From IMG/VR virus record IMGVR_UViG_3300027819_000008, positions 27,405 to 91,404 of that record: a stretch of DNA of 64,000 nucleotides; one strand, written 5' to 3'. A program made the translations under genes and the position numbers. The notes beneath the pieces are model-generated. The model was not told the DNA's origin. It searched no databases and worked only from the letters and a program-made list of their open reading frames with translations. The stretch comes from a virus. Its lineage: Duplodnaviria > Heunggongvirae > Uroviricota > Caudoviricetes. Shown here one piece after another: positions 8,296 to 16,601 of this stretch. The stretch's first letter is position 1; the number at the start of each line of letters is the position of its first letter.

Positions 8296-9193
8296 GGATC
8301 AGCGCGAGGAACTCCGCGCGGGTCTCCGGGTGATCGCGGAAGACGCCGCGCATGGCCGACGTGACCATGGTGCTCTCCGGCTGCCGCACCCCGCGCATGA
8401 CCATGCAAAAGTGCGTGGCCTCCACCACGACGGCCACCCCGCGCGGCTCCAGGGCCTGCTCGAGCTCCAGGGCCACCTGCTGCGTCAGGCGCTCCTGCAC
8501 CTGCAGCCGGCGCGCGTACTTTTCCACCACGCGGGACAGCTTGGACACCCCGATGATCTTGGTGGACGGCAGGTACCCCACGTGGGCGCGCCCGAAGAAC
8601 GGCAGCATGTGGTGCTCGCAGTGGCTGACGAACTGGATGTCCCGCGAGATCACGACCTCGTCGGTCAGCCCGTCCTCGAACGTAGTGAGCGCCGGGGTCA
8701 TCGCGTACCCCCCGAACAGCTCCTTCCACGCCCGGGCCACGCGGGCCGGCGTCTCGCGCAGGCCCTCGCGCTTCGGGTCCTCCCCGAGGAACTCGAGCAT
8801 GCGCGTGATGATCTCGCTGCCGGGTTCCTCCTGCTTCTCGTAGGGGTACACGACCCAGTCGCCGGTCTCCTCCACCAGGTAGGTCGGCACCGACCGCGAG
8901 GCCGGGCGGACGTGGAGCACCGCCGTCAGGTGGTCGGGGTAGCGCGCGAGCGTCTCCCCGCTGTCGCAGATGTCGTCCACCACCAGGCACCCGGGCTCCG
9001 GGGTCTCCAGCAGGACCGGCTCGCGACCGCACTGCTGGGCCAGGGCCCGCGCGAGCAGCATGGCGACCGGGACCCCGCCGCTCGGGACCGGGTAGAGCGC
9101 GTCGAAGCGCGCCCCACGCGCGCAGATTGCGCTGGCCAGCTCCTGGGCCAGCAGGTCCAGCTCCGTCCAGGTGACCCGCCGCTGCACCCGCAT
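8288..9193 (-). CDS. folE: phosphoribosyltransferase-like domain fused to GTP cyclohydrolase I (FolE)
   Basis: The C-terminal ~185 aa carry the FolE signature (FVSHCEHHMLPFFGRAHVGYLPSTKIIGVSKLSRVVE...ATHFCMVMRG). The N-terminal ~116 aa look like a type I PRTase (VPSGGVPVAMLLARAL...LVVDDICDSGETL...WVVYPYE). ATG at 9193 overlaps the queE stop (ATGA); the track N-terminus is out-of-frame overlap. Confidence 0.75.
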   Translation of the reverse strand: MRVQRRVTWTELDLLAQELASAICARGARFDALYPVPSGGVPVAMLLARALAQQCGREPVLLETPEPGCLVVDDICDSGETLARYPDHLTAVLHVRPASRSVPTYLVEETGDWVVYPYEKQEEPGSEIITRMLEFLGEDPKREGLRETPARVARAWKELFGGYAMTPALTTFEDGLTDEVVISRDIQFVSHCEHHMLPFFGRAHVGYLPSTKIIGVSKLSRVVEKYARRLQVQERLTQQVALELEQALEPRGVAVVVEATHFCMVMRGVRQPESTMVTSAMRGVFRDHPETRAEFLALIRR

Positions 9194-9969
9194 CAGGCCA
9201 CGCCCAGCATCTTGTGCGTCTGCAGCGACAGCCGCCACTCCGGGTGATCCATCAGGGCCCGGAGGCAGAGCTCGGTGGCGCGCCGGGAGCAGGACATGGG
9301 CTGGACCGTCAGGGAGATCGGCCGGCGCGCGTCGCGCGGGCGCAGGTCCTGGGTCAGGCGCAGGTGCTCGGCGTGCCGGGACAGGAACACCTCGTAGGCC
9401 ACCACGTCGCGCTCGCTGCCGACGATCCACTTGACCTCGTTGGCCTCCGCGAGCACGTGCGGGTGGATCTGCAGGCGCCCGGCCGGCTTCGGCGAGACGC
9501 ACACCCAGTCCCACACGCCGGAGATGGGGTACACCCCGGAGGTCTCCAGCGCGGTCTTGATCCCGTGCCGGTGCAGCGCCGAGGTCAGCGCCCCGCAGTC
9601 GTGCCACAGGGGCTCGCCGCCGGTGACCAGCGCCCAGCGCGGCGGGTGGCCGTTGACGACGTCCCCCACCTGAGACGCGCTGAGGTCGGGCGCCGGAATC
9701 GGCCTACCCTCGTCCCCACCCGACAGCGAGGAGAAATTCTGGTCCCAGCTCTCCGGCGTGTCGCAGAAGATGCACCCGACCGGGCAGCCCTGGAGGCGCA
9801 CGATGGTCATCGGTGTGCCGCAGAGCGAGCCTTCCCCCTGCACGGTGGGGTAAATGCGATTGATCCTGTACCGCGTATAGTCGCGGCGGTTGAGCGGCCA
9901 GTCCGCACCGGAGGGGGCGACCGCGCCGTACTGTGCGGGTGTGAGGACCCGGTCCGCCGCGGGGATCAC
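9193..9969 (-). CDS. queE: 7-carboxy-7-deazaguanine synthase QueE (radical SAM)
   Basis: CPVGCIFC matches the Cys-x3-Cys-x2-Cys radical-SAM motif. LVTGGEPL and LSLQTHKMLG blocks are typical of QueE. Confidence 0.85.
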   Translation of the reverse strand: MIPAADRVLTPAQYGAVAPSGADWPLNRRDYTRYRINRIYPTVQGEGSLCGTPMTIVRLQGCPVGCIFCDTPESWDQNFSSLSGGDEGRPIPAPDLSASQVGDVVNGHPPRWALVTGGEPLWHDCGALTSALHRHGIKTALETSGVYPISGVWDWVCVSPKPAGRLQIHPHVLAEANEVKWIVGSERDVVAYEVFLSRHAEHLRLTQDLRPRDARRPISLTVQPMSCSRRATELCLRALMDHPEWRLSLQTHKMLGVA

Positions 9970-10346
9970 TCACCGTACTCCGCGCGCGACGTGCACGTCT
10001 CGTCGATCACCACCGCCCGAAGCCGGACCCCGGGCAGGTCCACCAGGTGGGCGCGCACGCGCTCGAACAACCACCGCGCGATGTTTTCCGACGTCGGGTG
10101 TCGCATGTTGAGCGTCTCGTTCAGGTAGTGGTGATCCAGGTACTGCTCCACGAGCGGCTGCACCGCGGCCTTGAGGTCCCCGTAGTCCGCCAGCATGCCG
10201 GCCTTGGCCCCGTCCTGCTGCAGGTACGGCCCGACGACGCGGACGCGCCCCCGCCAGGAGTGGCCGTGGAGCCTCTGGCAGCGACCATCGTGGTCCGGCA
10301 GCTTGTGGGCCGCCTCGAACGTGAATTCTTTCTCCAGCACGTACAT
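9966..10346 (-). CDS. queD: 6-carboxytetrahydropterin synthase QueD
   Basis: FEAAHKLP...CQRLHGHSW motif characteristic of PTPS/QueD. 126 aa. Confidence 0.85.
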   Translation of the reverse strand: MYVLEKEFTFEAAHKLPDHDGRCQRLHGHSWRGRVRVVGPYLQQDGAKAGMLADYGDLKAAVQPLVEQYLDHHYLNETLNMRHPTSENIARWLFERVRAHLVDLPGVRLRAVVIDETCTSRAEYGE

Positions 10347-10934
10347 TCACGCACCTCCGTCATGCATGCAGCGCTTCTCGGCCGCGCACCCGCCGTCCGG
10401 CGTCGTCAGGCAGTCCGCGTCCGGTGGGCGGCGCAACCGGCGCCACACCCACAGCGCGAACACGGCCACCGCCGTCACCCACGCCTTGCCGACAACCTGC
10501 CCGGGGAGGTACTGCAGGGACCCGAACGCGAGCGCGAGGAAGAGCGCGCTGTCCACCACGAGGCCGACCGCGTTGGACGCGGCCACCGCGAGCAGCCACC
10601 GGCGGCGCCGCAGCGGGGCGTACACCGCGAGGTCCGCGAGCTCGGACAGCAGGAACGCCGCCCCGCTCGCCAGCGCGAACGCCGGGGACACCACCGCAGA
10701 GCAGAGCGCCCCGAGAACCACAGCGGCCAGGACCCCGCGAAGCCCGACCGCGTCGTGCAGCAGGTCGCGCAGGGTGAACGTCAGGCCGGCGAAGTACACC
10801 CCCGCGGGGGCCAGCAGGCCGAAGCCGACGGGGACCGGGCCGAGGTGCACGATCGCGAGGTTGGCCGCGAAGATGGTCCCGATGAACGCGGCCATCAGGC
10901 CGCTGACCCGACCCGACACCGGCCCGATCCGCAT
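10347..10934 (-). CDS. putative YhhQ/Vut-family queuosine-precursor transporter (membrane)
   Basis: Multi-pass membrane protein containing an ...TFTLRDLLHD... block, positioned between queC and queD. ATG at 10934 lies 11 nt after the queC stop. The upstream part of the track ORF is junk. Confidence 0.45.
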   Translation of the reverse strand: MRIGPVSGRVSGLMAAFIGTIFAANLAIVHLGPVPVGFGLLAPAGVYFAGLTFTLRDLLHDAVGLRGVLAAVVLGALCSAVVSPAFALASGAAFLLSELADLAVYAPLRRRRWLLAVAASNAVGLVVDSALFLALAFGSLQYLPGQVVGKAWVTAVAVFALWVWRRLRRPPDADCLTTPDGGCAAEKRCMHDGGA

Positions 10935-10945
10935 GCCCGGGCCGC

Positions 10946-11623
10946 TCACGCCGCGTACTCCGTCGGGTCCGCGACGCCGGCGAGGTCGAAGGCCTCGCGC
11001 CTCTCGGTACACGTCCCACAGCGCCCGCAGTGGACCGGCCCTCCCTCGTAGCACGACCACGTGGCTGCGAACGGAACCCCGTGGTCCGCACCGACGGCCA
11101 CGACGGCCGCCTTGGTGACGTTGAGGAACGGGGCGTTCAGCCGAATGCCCGGCGCGTAGTGGCACTCGCGCGCGGCACCCTGCATGGCGCGCACGAAGTC
11201 CCCGCGGCAGTCCGGATAGATCGCGTGGTCCCCGGCGTGGGCCGCGTACGCGACCTCCTCCGCGCCCGAGGAGATGGCCCAGCCGATGGCCACGGCCAGC
11301 ATGATCATGTTGCGGTTCGGGACCACCGTCAGCTTCATGGTCTCGTCCGCATAGTGTCCGTGTGGAACCGCGACGTCGTCGCTGGTCTGGGAGGACCCGG
11401 CCAGAAACGGGCGCAGCGCGGTGAGATCGGCCACGCGGTAGGGAACCCCGAGCACGCTGCAGATGGCGCGCGCGGCCTCCAGCTCCTTCCGGTGACGCTG
11501 CCCGTAGTCGATCCCGAGCGGCAGCACCTCGTGTCCGGCACCGCGCAGCATGTAGAGGAGCGTCGTGCTGTCCAACCCGCCGGAATAGATGACCACGGTC
11601 TTCATCGCGCGCTGATCCCCCAT
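10946..11623 (-). CDS. queC: 7-cyano-7-deazaguanine synthase QueC
   Basis: SGGLDS PP-loop motif and a CGRCGTC zinc site near the C-terminus. Confidence 0.9.
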   Translation of the reverse strand: MGDQRAMKTVVIYSGGLDSTTLLYMLRGAGHEVLPLGIDYGQRHRKELEAARAICSVLGVPYRVADLTALRPFLAGSSQTSDDVAVPHGHYADETMKLTVVPNRNMIMLAVAIGWAISSGAEEVAYAAHAGDHAIYPDCRGDFVRAMQGAARECHYAPGIRLNAPFLNVTKAAVVAVGADHGVPFAATWSCYEGGPVHCGRCGTCTERREAFDLAGVADPTEYAA

Positions 11624-11625
11624 TG

Positions 11626-12096
11626 TCAGGAAAAGAACCCCCGCTGCGAGTCCTGCTGCGACACCACCAGGGCCCGCGTGAGCCAGCCGAGCTGCCGGCC
11701 GATCCCCAGGCCCTGCATGGGCCGGAGAAACTTTACCCGGTCACCCATGACCTGAATCAGCGGCACGGCGTACAGGGACCCGGCCAGCAGCGTGACGGTT
11801 GCGCCGGTGGCGACTAGACGCGGAAGGAGCTGCCCGGCTACACCGCTAGCCCAGCGCAGTCGGCCGGCCTTGTCGTACTCCGACAGGACCCGCTCGTACG
11901 GCGCCGTGACCTGCTCCGGGGCCAGCAGCCCGTGGAGCGCCGACACGATGAACCACGGGTGACCACTGCGCTCGGCCCACGCCCGGGCCTTGCGAAACCA
12001 CGGGGACACGTACAGGTCCCGGGCCGGGGCCGGCGAGGAGCGCTTCTGCTTTGCGCACGCGACCAGCACCACGTCCCTCAGCGCGCCACTACCCAT
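11626..12096 (-). CDS. hypothetical protein (first gene of the preQ0 operon)
   Basis: 156 aa, conserved-looking ([16 protein letters not shown]...[11 protein letters not shown]). Follows the terminator that ends the sigma gene. ATG at 12096. Confidence 0.35.
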   Translation of the reverse strand: MGSGALRDVVLVACAKQKRSSPAPARDLYVSPWFRKARAWAERSGHPWFIVSALHGLLAPEQVTAPYERVLSEYDKAGRLRWASGVAGQLLPRLVATGATVTLLAGSLYAVPLIQVMGDRVKFLRPMQGLGIGRQLGWLTRALVVSQQDSQRGFFS

Positions 12097-12142
12097 CAAA
12101 CCTACATAACCACCCCGCGGGTATCCCGGCTAGAAATCTAGT

Positions 12143-12192
12143 CAAAAAAAATGCGGGGGAGCCAAAGGGTAAGGACCCCGTGACTCCCCCGC
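12143..12192 (-). terminator. rho-independent terminator after the sigma-like gene (T-run on both strands)
   Basis: On the minus strand: GCGGGGGAG...CUCCCCCGC stem followed by AUUUUUUUU. A T-run is also present on the plus strand. Located directly 3' of the stop at 12216. Confidence 0.6.
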
Positions 12193-12215
12193 GGTGGGAG
12201 GCCGAACCTTTTTTT

Positions 12216-13499
12216 TCAGGCCGGCTTGACGTACTTGCTGGCGATCATCGTGTTGCGACCCTTGAACCGGCAGCCGTAGCGCACGCCGGGCCCGACGTTG
12301 CCGTAGTACCGGAACACCTTGCCCTTGTCCCCCTTGCGCAGCCACTCCGCGCGGCTGCCACCCAGGTACACGACCTCGGTCCCCTTCGGGATGAGCTTCT
12401 CGCCGGCGCGCGGGACGTACTTCCCGCTGTCGATGCGCTCGAACGCCGTCTTGGCCGCCCACTCCTTGCTGCCGCTGCGCTCGGCGGCCGGCTTCTTGGT
12501 GACCTTCGCCGTCTTGGCCGCGTCGGCCTTGGCCTTCTTCGCGGCCTTAGCGGCCTGCTTCTCCGCCTTGGCCTTCTTGTCGGCGTCCGCCTTGGCCTTC
12601 TTATCGGCCTTCACCTTCTCCGCCTTCGCGGCCTTGTCGGCCTTCACCTTCTCCGCCTTCGCGGCCTTGTCGGCCTTGGCCTTGGCCTCGTCGGTCTTGA
12701 CCTTCGTGCTGTCCGCGCCGTTCGCGTCGGCCGCTTCCGCCGCCATGCCCGGCTCCATCGGGAACATCTGGTCCACCGCTCCCATTCGCTCCATCGTCGT
12801 CTCTCCTTTGTTCGGGGTCAACTGCCTCTTATCCACTATATCGAGCGGAGCACCATGAGGGTCGTCACGGTCGAGCGCGGCGCGCACCTGCCCCTCCACG
12901 CGCGACCACGCCAGCCGCAGCCGGGAAATGGGGACCTCGAGCACCTGTGCGAGCACGTGCTCACGCACCGACGCGAACGTTTGCTTGCCGCGCCCGCGAT
13001 GGGTCCACTGCCGGCGGAGCTCCGCGAGGGTTCCCGCCGCGGGTTCCAGGAGCTCGTGCAGCAGCCGGCGCTCCACCTCGGGGAGCAGGCGCTCGGCCTC
13101 CTGCAGTGCGAACTGGACCATCATGGTCCGCAGGCCGTCCTCCCCCACGGTCTCAGCCATGGCCCGGGCGCCGTCACCCAGGGGTTCGTCCAGGCTGAGC
13201 ACGCGCACGCCCCCACCCCCGAACGCGCGGCTGCGCGTGTAGGCCGTGATGCACGCGCGCGAGACCGTGGCCGTCCCCATCCGGCCCAGGTCCTCCGCCG
13301 GCACGCGGTGCCGGTGGCGCCGCCAGTTGCGCCAGAGGTTAAGCAGGCCGTCCTGGATCAGGTCCTCCTGGGACAGGTACGGGTGGTGCGACCCCCGCGC
13401 GCTGGACCCCGTGACGCGCTTGACCCACGGCTTCATCTTGACCAGGTACTGCTCGAACGCGACCTCCTCGTCCCGCGTCGGTGCGAGCTGCGCGCTCAA
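12216..13499 (-). CDS. sigma-70-family-like protein with C-terminal Lys/Ala-rich histone-H1-like repeats and a small C-terminal domain
   Basis: Region-2-like segment (YLSQEDLIQDGLLNLWRNW). Followed by KAKADKAAKAEKVKADKAAKAEK... repeats, then about 85 aa with a globular-looking composition. TTG start at 13499 overlaps the upstream TGA (TTGA). Confidence 0.45.
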   Translation of the reverse strand: MSAQLAPTRDEEVAFEQYLVKMKPWVKRVTGSSARGSHHPYLSQEDLIQDGLLNLWRNWRRHRHRVPAEDLGRMGTATVSRACITAYTRSRAFGGGGVRVLSLDEPLGDGARAMAETVGEDGLRTMMVQFALQEAERLLPEVERRLLHELLEPAAGTLAELRRQWTHRGRGKQTFASVREHVLAQVLEVPISRLRLAWSRVEGQVRAALDRDDPHGAPLDIVDKRQLTPNKGETTMERMGAVDQMFPMEPGMAAEAADANGADSTKVKTDEAKAKADKAAKAEKVKADKAAKAEKVKADKKAKADADKKAKAEKQAAKAAKKAKADAAKTAKVTKKPAAERSGSKEWAAKTAFERIDSGKYVPRAGEKLIPKGTEVVYLGGSRAEWLRKGDKGKVFRYYGNVGPGVRYGCRFKGRNTMIASKYVKPA

Positions 13500-14248
13500 A
13501 GCTGGGCTCCCCCCTTGCCGGTGGCCAGCCCGCGCTTGGTCTTCTTGTCCTCGCTGGGCTTCTGGCTCCCGGCCGTTCGGCACTTCCCGCATCGCCACGC
13601 CTTGGACTTGGTGGGCACGGACGCCTCGTGCCCGCACTCCAGCTCACACCACTTGGATTTACCGCGATCCGTGATGACGCGCTTAACGCTTCGCAGCGGA
13701 CCGTACTTCTTGACCAGCGCGTCGTTGCGATCAGCCAGAGCCTTGGAATCTTTTGGTACCGGCGCGCGCGTGCGCTTGGGAACCGGGACTGAATCCGGCT
13801 CCGGGGCCTGCGGCTTGCTGACGGCCACGCGCCCCGACCCGAGGCACGCCGGACACTTCTCGCCGGGCGACTGCTCGCCGAGCCCGGCGCACTTGGTGCA
13901 CTCCGCGTCCACCGGCACCTGCACCGGCCTGTTCAGCCCAAGCATCTTGTCGATCATGGACTGGGGGCGCCACCCCTCGCGCTGTCCCAGCGCCAGGGCC
14001 GCGCACTCGGGGGAGCAGTAGTTCTGCGTCGTCCGGCCGGACAGGACGAGCTCGGGCACGAACGTGCGCGTGCACGCCGGGACCCCGAAGACCTCGCGCG
14101 CCCGCAGGCAGGACCGGCGCCGCAGCTGGTCCAGCGCGGCCTTCGCCTTGGCCACCCCCTTCTCGTCGCCCACCTTCGTGGACTCCTTCAGCTGTGTCTT
14201 GGCCTGCTTGACGACTTCGCGCTTCACCCGCGCCGCAATCTTGGCCAC
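13496..14248 (-). CDS. zinc-ribbon / DnaJ-type CxxCxGxG zinc-finger protein
   Basis: CTKCAGLGEQSPGEKCPACLGSG and CELECGH...CGKC motifs. Lys-rich N-terminus. Translationally coupled to the sigma-like gene. Confidence 0.4.
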   Translation of the reverse strand: MAKIAARVKREVVKQAKTQLKESTKVGDEKGVAKAKAALDQLRRRSCLRAREVFGVPACTRTFVPELVLSGRTTQNYCSPECAALALGQREGWRPQSMIDKMLGLNRPVQVPVDAECTKCAGLGEQSPGEKCPACLGSGRVAVSKPQAPEPDSVPVPKRTRAPVPKDSKALADRNDALVKKYGPLRSVKRVITDRGKSKWCELECGHEASVPTKSKAWRCGKCRTAGSQKPSEDKKTKRGLATGKGGAQL

Positions 14249-14293
14249 CGATGCACCCTCCTTGTTTTTGGAATCGTGGGAAATCCTACAACA

Positions 14294-14650
14294 CTAGGCC
14301 GGTGAGTGTAAACCTGAATCCTTGACCCGGGGCCACCGCGCGCGGGTGGCCGTGCGCAGCGCGCGCAGGGTCTTCGGGCGCCGGCCGGCGCGCTCGCAGC
14401 ACACCCGGCAGACGCCCTCGAGTGGACCCCACCGGCGCTGCTTCATGCGACGCTCGAACGTCCGGTCGCGCCCGCGGAGCACGCGCCCGACCAGCACCTC
14501 GGAGCCGGCCTCCACCGCGACCTGCACCACCCGCGCCCCGCGCCCGGTCCGGTGGTGCGCGATGCGCCGCTTCACGTGGACGGCCCACCCGACGTAGTGC
14601 CGGACGTGCCGGTACGGCGGGTCCAGGTGCAGGACGTAGACGCTGCTCAC
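14294..14650 (-). CDS. GIY-YIG family endonuclease (putative homing endonuclease)
   Basis: VYVL...YVGW with about 10-aa spacing, followed by KRRIAHHRTG (the R...H motif). GTG start overlaps the upstream TGA. Confidence 0.55.
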   Translation of the reverse strand: MSSVYVLHLDPPYRHVRHYVGWAVHVKRRIAHHRTGRGARVVQVAVEAGSEVLVGRVLRGRDRTFERRMKQRRWGPLEGVCRVCCERAGRRPKTLRALRTATRARWPRVKDSGLHSPA

Positions 14651-14940
14651 CGCCAAGCCTCCACGAGCCGACGGTCGTCGCGCCACGGCTCGAGATGCTT
14701 CTGGCACCGCATGAGCACGCCCTTGCGCTCGAGCGCCCGTACGGTGGCGAAGGACGTGGACCACCACGGGACGTCGTAGTTCCCGGAGTGGCGCCCCTGC
14801 ATCATCCGCATGGAGACGACCTCGGTGTCGGGTGTCGTCCAGAACCCCCCGCGCAGGCGCACGAGCACCCCGGTGTGCTCGCGCACGTAGTCCAGGACGC
14901 GCTGCTGCTCGGGACTCAGCTTCACCACGTTGTTGCCCAC
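14647..14940 (-). CDS. hypothetical protein
   Basis: GTG start with an AGGAGG Shine-Dalgarno site 6 nt upstream, immediately 3' of R-element 1. The MREPGPNP residues at the track N-terminus are an artefact of the conserved repeat. Confidence 0.35.
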   Translation of the reverse strand: MGNNVVKLSPEQQRVLDYVREHTGVLVRLRGGFWTTPDTEVVSMRMMQGRHSGNYDVPWWSTSFATVRALERKGVLMRCQKHLEPWRDDRRLVEAWR

Positions 14941-14955
14941 CGCCGTCCTCCTCTG

Positions 14956-15014
14956 CCGGGGGTTGGGACCCGGCTCCCGCATTACACGGGGGGCGAACCC
15001 CCGTGCCCTCTGCG
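14956..15014 (-). promoter_or_regulatory. R-element copy 1 (two-hairpin conserved 5' leader)
   Basis: On the minus strand: GCAGAGGGCAC, hairpin CACGGGGG-UUCG-CCCCCGUG, GUGUAAUGCGGGAGC, then hairpin 2 CCGGG-UCCCAAC-CCCGG, then a Shine-Dalgarno site. Confidence 0.55.
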
Positions 15015-15018
15015 CTCT

Positions 15019-15174
15019 CTACTTCACCGTGACCGGCACCCCGTTGACCGCGTGCACGTCCACCACCATGTCGCGGTGCGCGCCGGTCAGCCGAAACCTG
15101 ATGACGTCCGCCACCTTGGCCGGGTGGACGTCCGTCCGCACGGTCAGCACCACCCGGTACTCCCGCGCGCTCAT
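15019..15174 (-). CDS. hypothetical small protein (51 aa)
   Basis: ATG overlaps the upstream TGA (ATGA). Sequence MSAREYRVVLTVRTD... Confidence 0.3.
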   Translation of the reverse strand: MSAREYRVVLTVRTDVHPAKVADVIRFRLTGAHRDMVVDVHAVNGVPVTVK

Positions 15175-15377
15175 GCCCAGCTCCAGCCCACGACCAGCGG
15201 CGCGAAGCCCAGCCCCCACTCCGCCCGCCCGAGGGCCTGATCCAGGTCCTCCGCCTCCAGCGTCACGTGCACGTGCTCGGTCCCGCGCTCCGTGACCGTG
15301 AACCCGGCCCCCTCCAGGCGGTCGGCGTACTCGTTCACCTGCGTGGGTCCCGTGTAAATGCGCAGCTTGTAGGTCAC
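15171..15377 (-). CDS. hypothetical small protein (68 aa)
   Basis: GTG overlaps the upstream TGA. Protein-like C-terminus (VTYKLRIYTGPTQVNEYADRLEGAGF). Confidence 0.3.
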   Translation of the reverse strand: MTYKLRIYTGPTQVNEYADRLEGAGFTVTERGTEHVHVTLEAEDLDQALGRAEWGLGFAPLVVGWSWA

Positions 15378-15718
15378 GCCTTGGTCCCCTTCCGCAGCCG
15401 GGCCACGCGGGCCAGCCGCTCCACGATCACCACGTCCCACCGGTCGGTGGGCTCGGTCTCGTTCAGCACGCGCTCGGCGTAGGGCTCCCCCAGCTCCCGC
15501 TCCACCACCGCCTTCCACGCCACGTTCCGGCGCGGGTGGTTCTCCGCCGACACGAGCAGCCGCCCGCGCTCCACCGGCTCCATGGTCTCGCGCAGGCGCC
15601 CCAGCATCACGGCCTCCGCCACGTCGGCCTTTTCCTTGAGGTCCTTGGCCGCGTCCCGCGCACGCTTGAGCCGGCGCTGAAGGAGCAGCAGCTCCCGGAG
15701 CTCCGCCTGCGTGATCAT
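15374..15718 (-). CDS. hypothetical protein (114 aa)
   Basis: ATGA overlap with the upstream gene. Sequence MITQAELRELLLLQRRLKRARD... Confidence 0.35.
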   Translation of the reverse strand: MITQAELRELLLLQRRLKRARDAAKDLKEKADVAEAVMLGRLRETMEPVERGRLLVSAENHPRRNVAWKAVVERELGEPYAERVLNETEPTDRWDVVIVERLARVARLRKGTKA

Positions 15719-15978
15719 CGACCGTCCACCGGCGGGTGCTTCTTCTCCCGCCACAGGTCCCCGGGCCCGTCCGCCCACAGAAGGTGCGCAATGTCCCCCG
15801 CCGCGTCGCAGTGGTAGACGTGCACCTCCGCCCCAGCGTCCCGCATCCCGCGCACGTAGAGCTCGCAGGACCGGTAGTCGGCCTGCATCACCCGCTGCTC
15901 CCGGCCACCACCCCCGACCGCCAGCTGAAAGACGTTCGCAAGCCCCACCTGGTAGACCAGCGCCACTCTCTTGATCAT
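15715..15978 (-). CDS. hypothetical protein (87 aa)
   Basis: TAATG overlap with the upstream lipoprotein gene. Sequence MIKRVALVYQVGLANVF... Confidence 0.35.
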   Translation of the reverse strand: MIKRVALVYQVGLANVFQLAVGGGGREQRVMQADYRSCELYVRGMRDAGAEVHVYHCDAAGDIAHLLWADGPGDLWREKKHPPVDGR

Positions 15979-16514
15979 TACCGTCCCCCCTTCACGGGTT
16001 CCCCACCGATTGGCTTCCACACCTCGTCATCATCCTCACCGCGCCGGCGGCGGCGCGTGCGGCGCGCCAGCAGGGCCACCGCGAGGTCGTGCTCCCCGTA
16101 CTTGTGACACGGCGCCGTCTTGTGCCCGAGAAGCGACTCCAGCACGTGGCAGTACTCGTGCGCCTCGAACATCAGGTCCCTCTCGCTCGGCAGGGCCTCG
16201 ACCGTGCGGACGACCTTGAAGATGCGCCAGCCGTCGGGCGCGACCCGCTCCTGCTTGCAGCCCGCCATGTTGTCGGCCCCGCGCGGGCCACCGAACAGCC
16301 CCCCGACCGCGACGGCCTCGTAGCAGTGCCGGCGCGCCTCCGCGCGGTTCACCGTCACCACCACCGTCAGCAGCGGGTAGTTCCCGGTGGTCCACCCCGC
16401 GGAGGTCACCCGCGTGGTCGCGCAGCCCGAGAGGAGCAGCAGCGCGACACCCGCCGCCAGAACGACCTTTACCAGAAACCCAAACAGCTTGGCCGCGACC
16501 TCACGGTCCGTCAT
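15978..16514 (-). CDS. lipoprotein with HExxH zinc-metallopeptidase-like motif
   Basis: Signal peptide plus lipobox (LLLLSGC). HEYCH motif. GGAGG Shine-Dalgarno site 7 nt before the ATG. Preceded by R-element 2. Confidence 0.45.
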   Translation of the reverse strand: MTDREVAAKLFGFLVKVVLAAGVALLLLSGCATTRVTSAGWTTGNYPLLTVVVTVNRAEARRHCYEAVAVGGLFGGPRGADNMAGCKQERVAPDGWRIFKVVRTVEALPSERDLMFEAHEYCHVLESLLGHKTAPCHKYGEHDLAVALLARRTRRRRRGEDDDEVWKPIGGEPVKGGR

Positions 16515-16532
16515 CACCTACCTCCCTCCCTG

Positions 16533-16596
16533 CCCGGGGTTGGGACCGGGCTCCCGCATTGCGCCCGGGGTGCCGTCCACCCCGGGCCCCTCTGCG
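16533..16596 (-). promoter_or_regulatory. R-element copy 2
   Basis: Same flanking motifs as copy 1. Hairpin 1 is CCCGGGGUG-GACGG-CACCCCGGG, a different sequence with the structure kept. Hairpin 2 is CCCGG/CCGGG, with compensatory changes. Confidence 0.55.
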
Positions 16597-16601
16597 CTAT
16601 T

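Noticed and set aside
8193-9032. 279-aa minus-strand ORF overlapping folE and queE
   Set aside because: Arg/Gly/Pro/Ala-rich out-of-frame product typical of high-GC antisense or alternative frames. Only its last 32 codons (Q-repeat E) are of interest.
12216-13637. Splitting the sigma-like ORF into two genes at the internal MERMG
   Set aside because: There is no stop codon between the sigma-like part and the KAAK-repeat part in the same frame, so it is treated as a single fusion protein.
12051-14021. 656-aa plus-strand ORF and other long plus-strand ORFs (e.g. 1817..3454, 3766..5265, 25450..26595, 41242..43356)
   Set aside because: Low-complexity Arg/Leu/Gly/Pro-rich translations that are antisense to well-supported minus-strand genes. 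No motifs.
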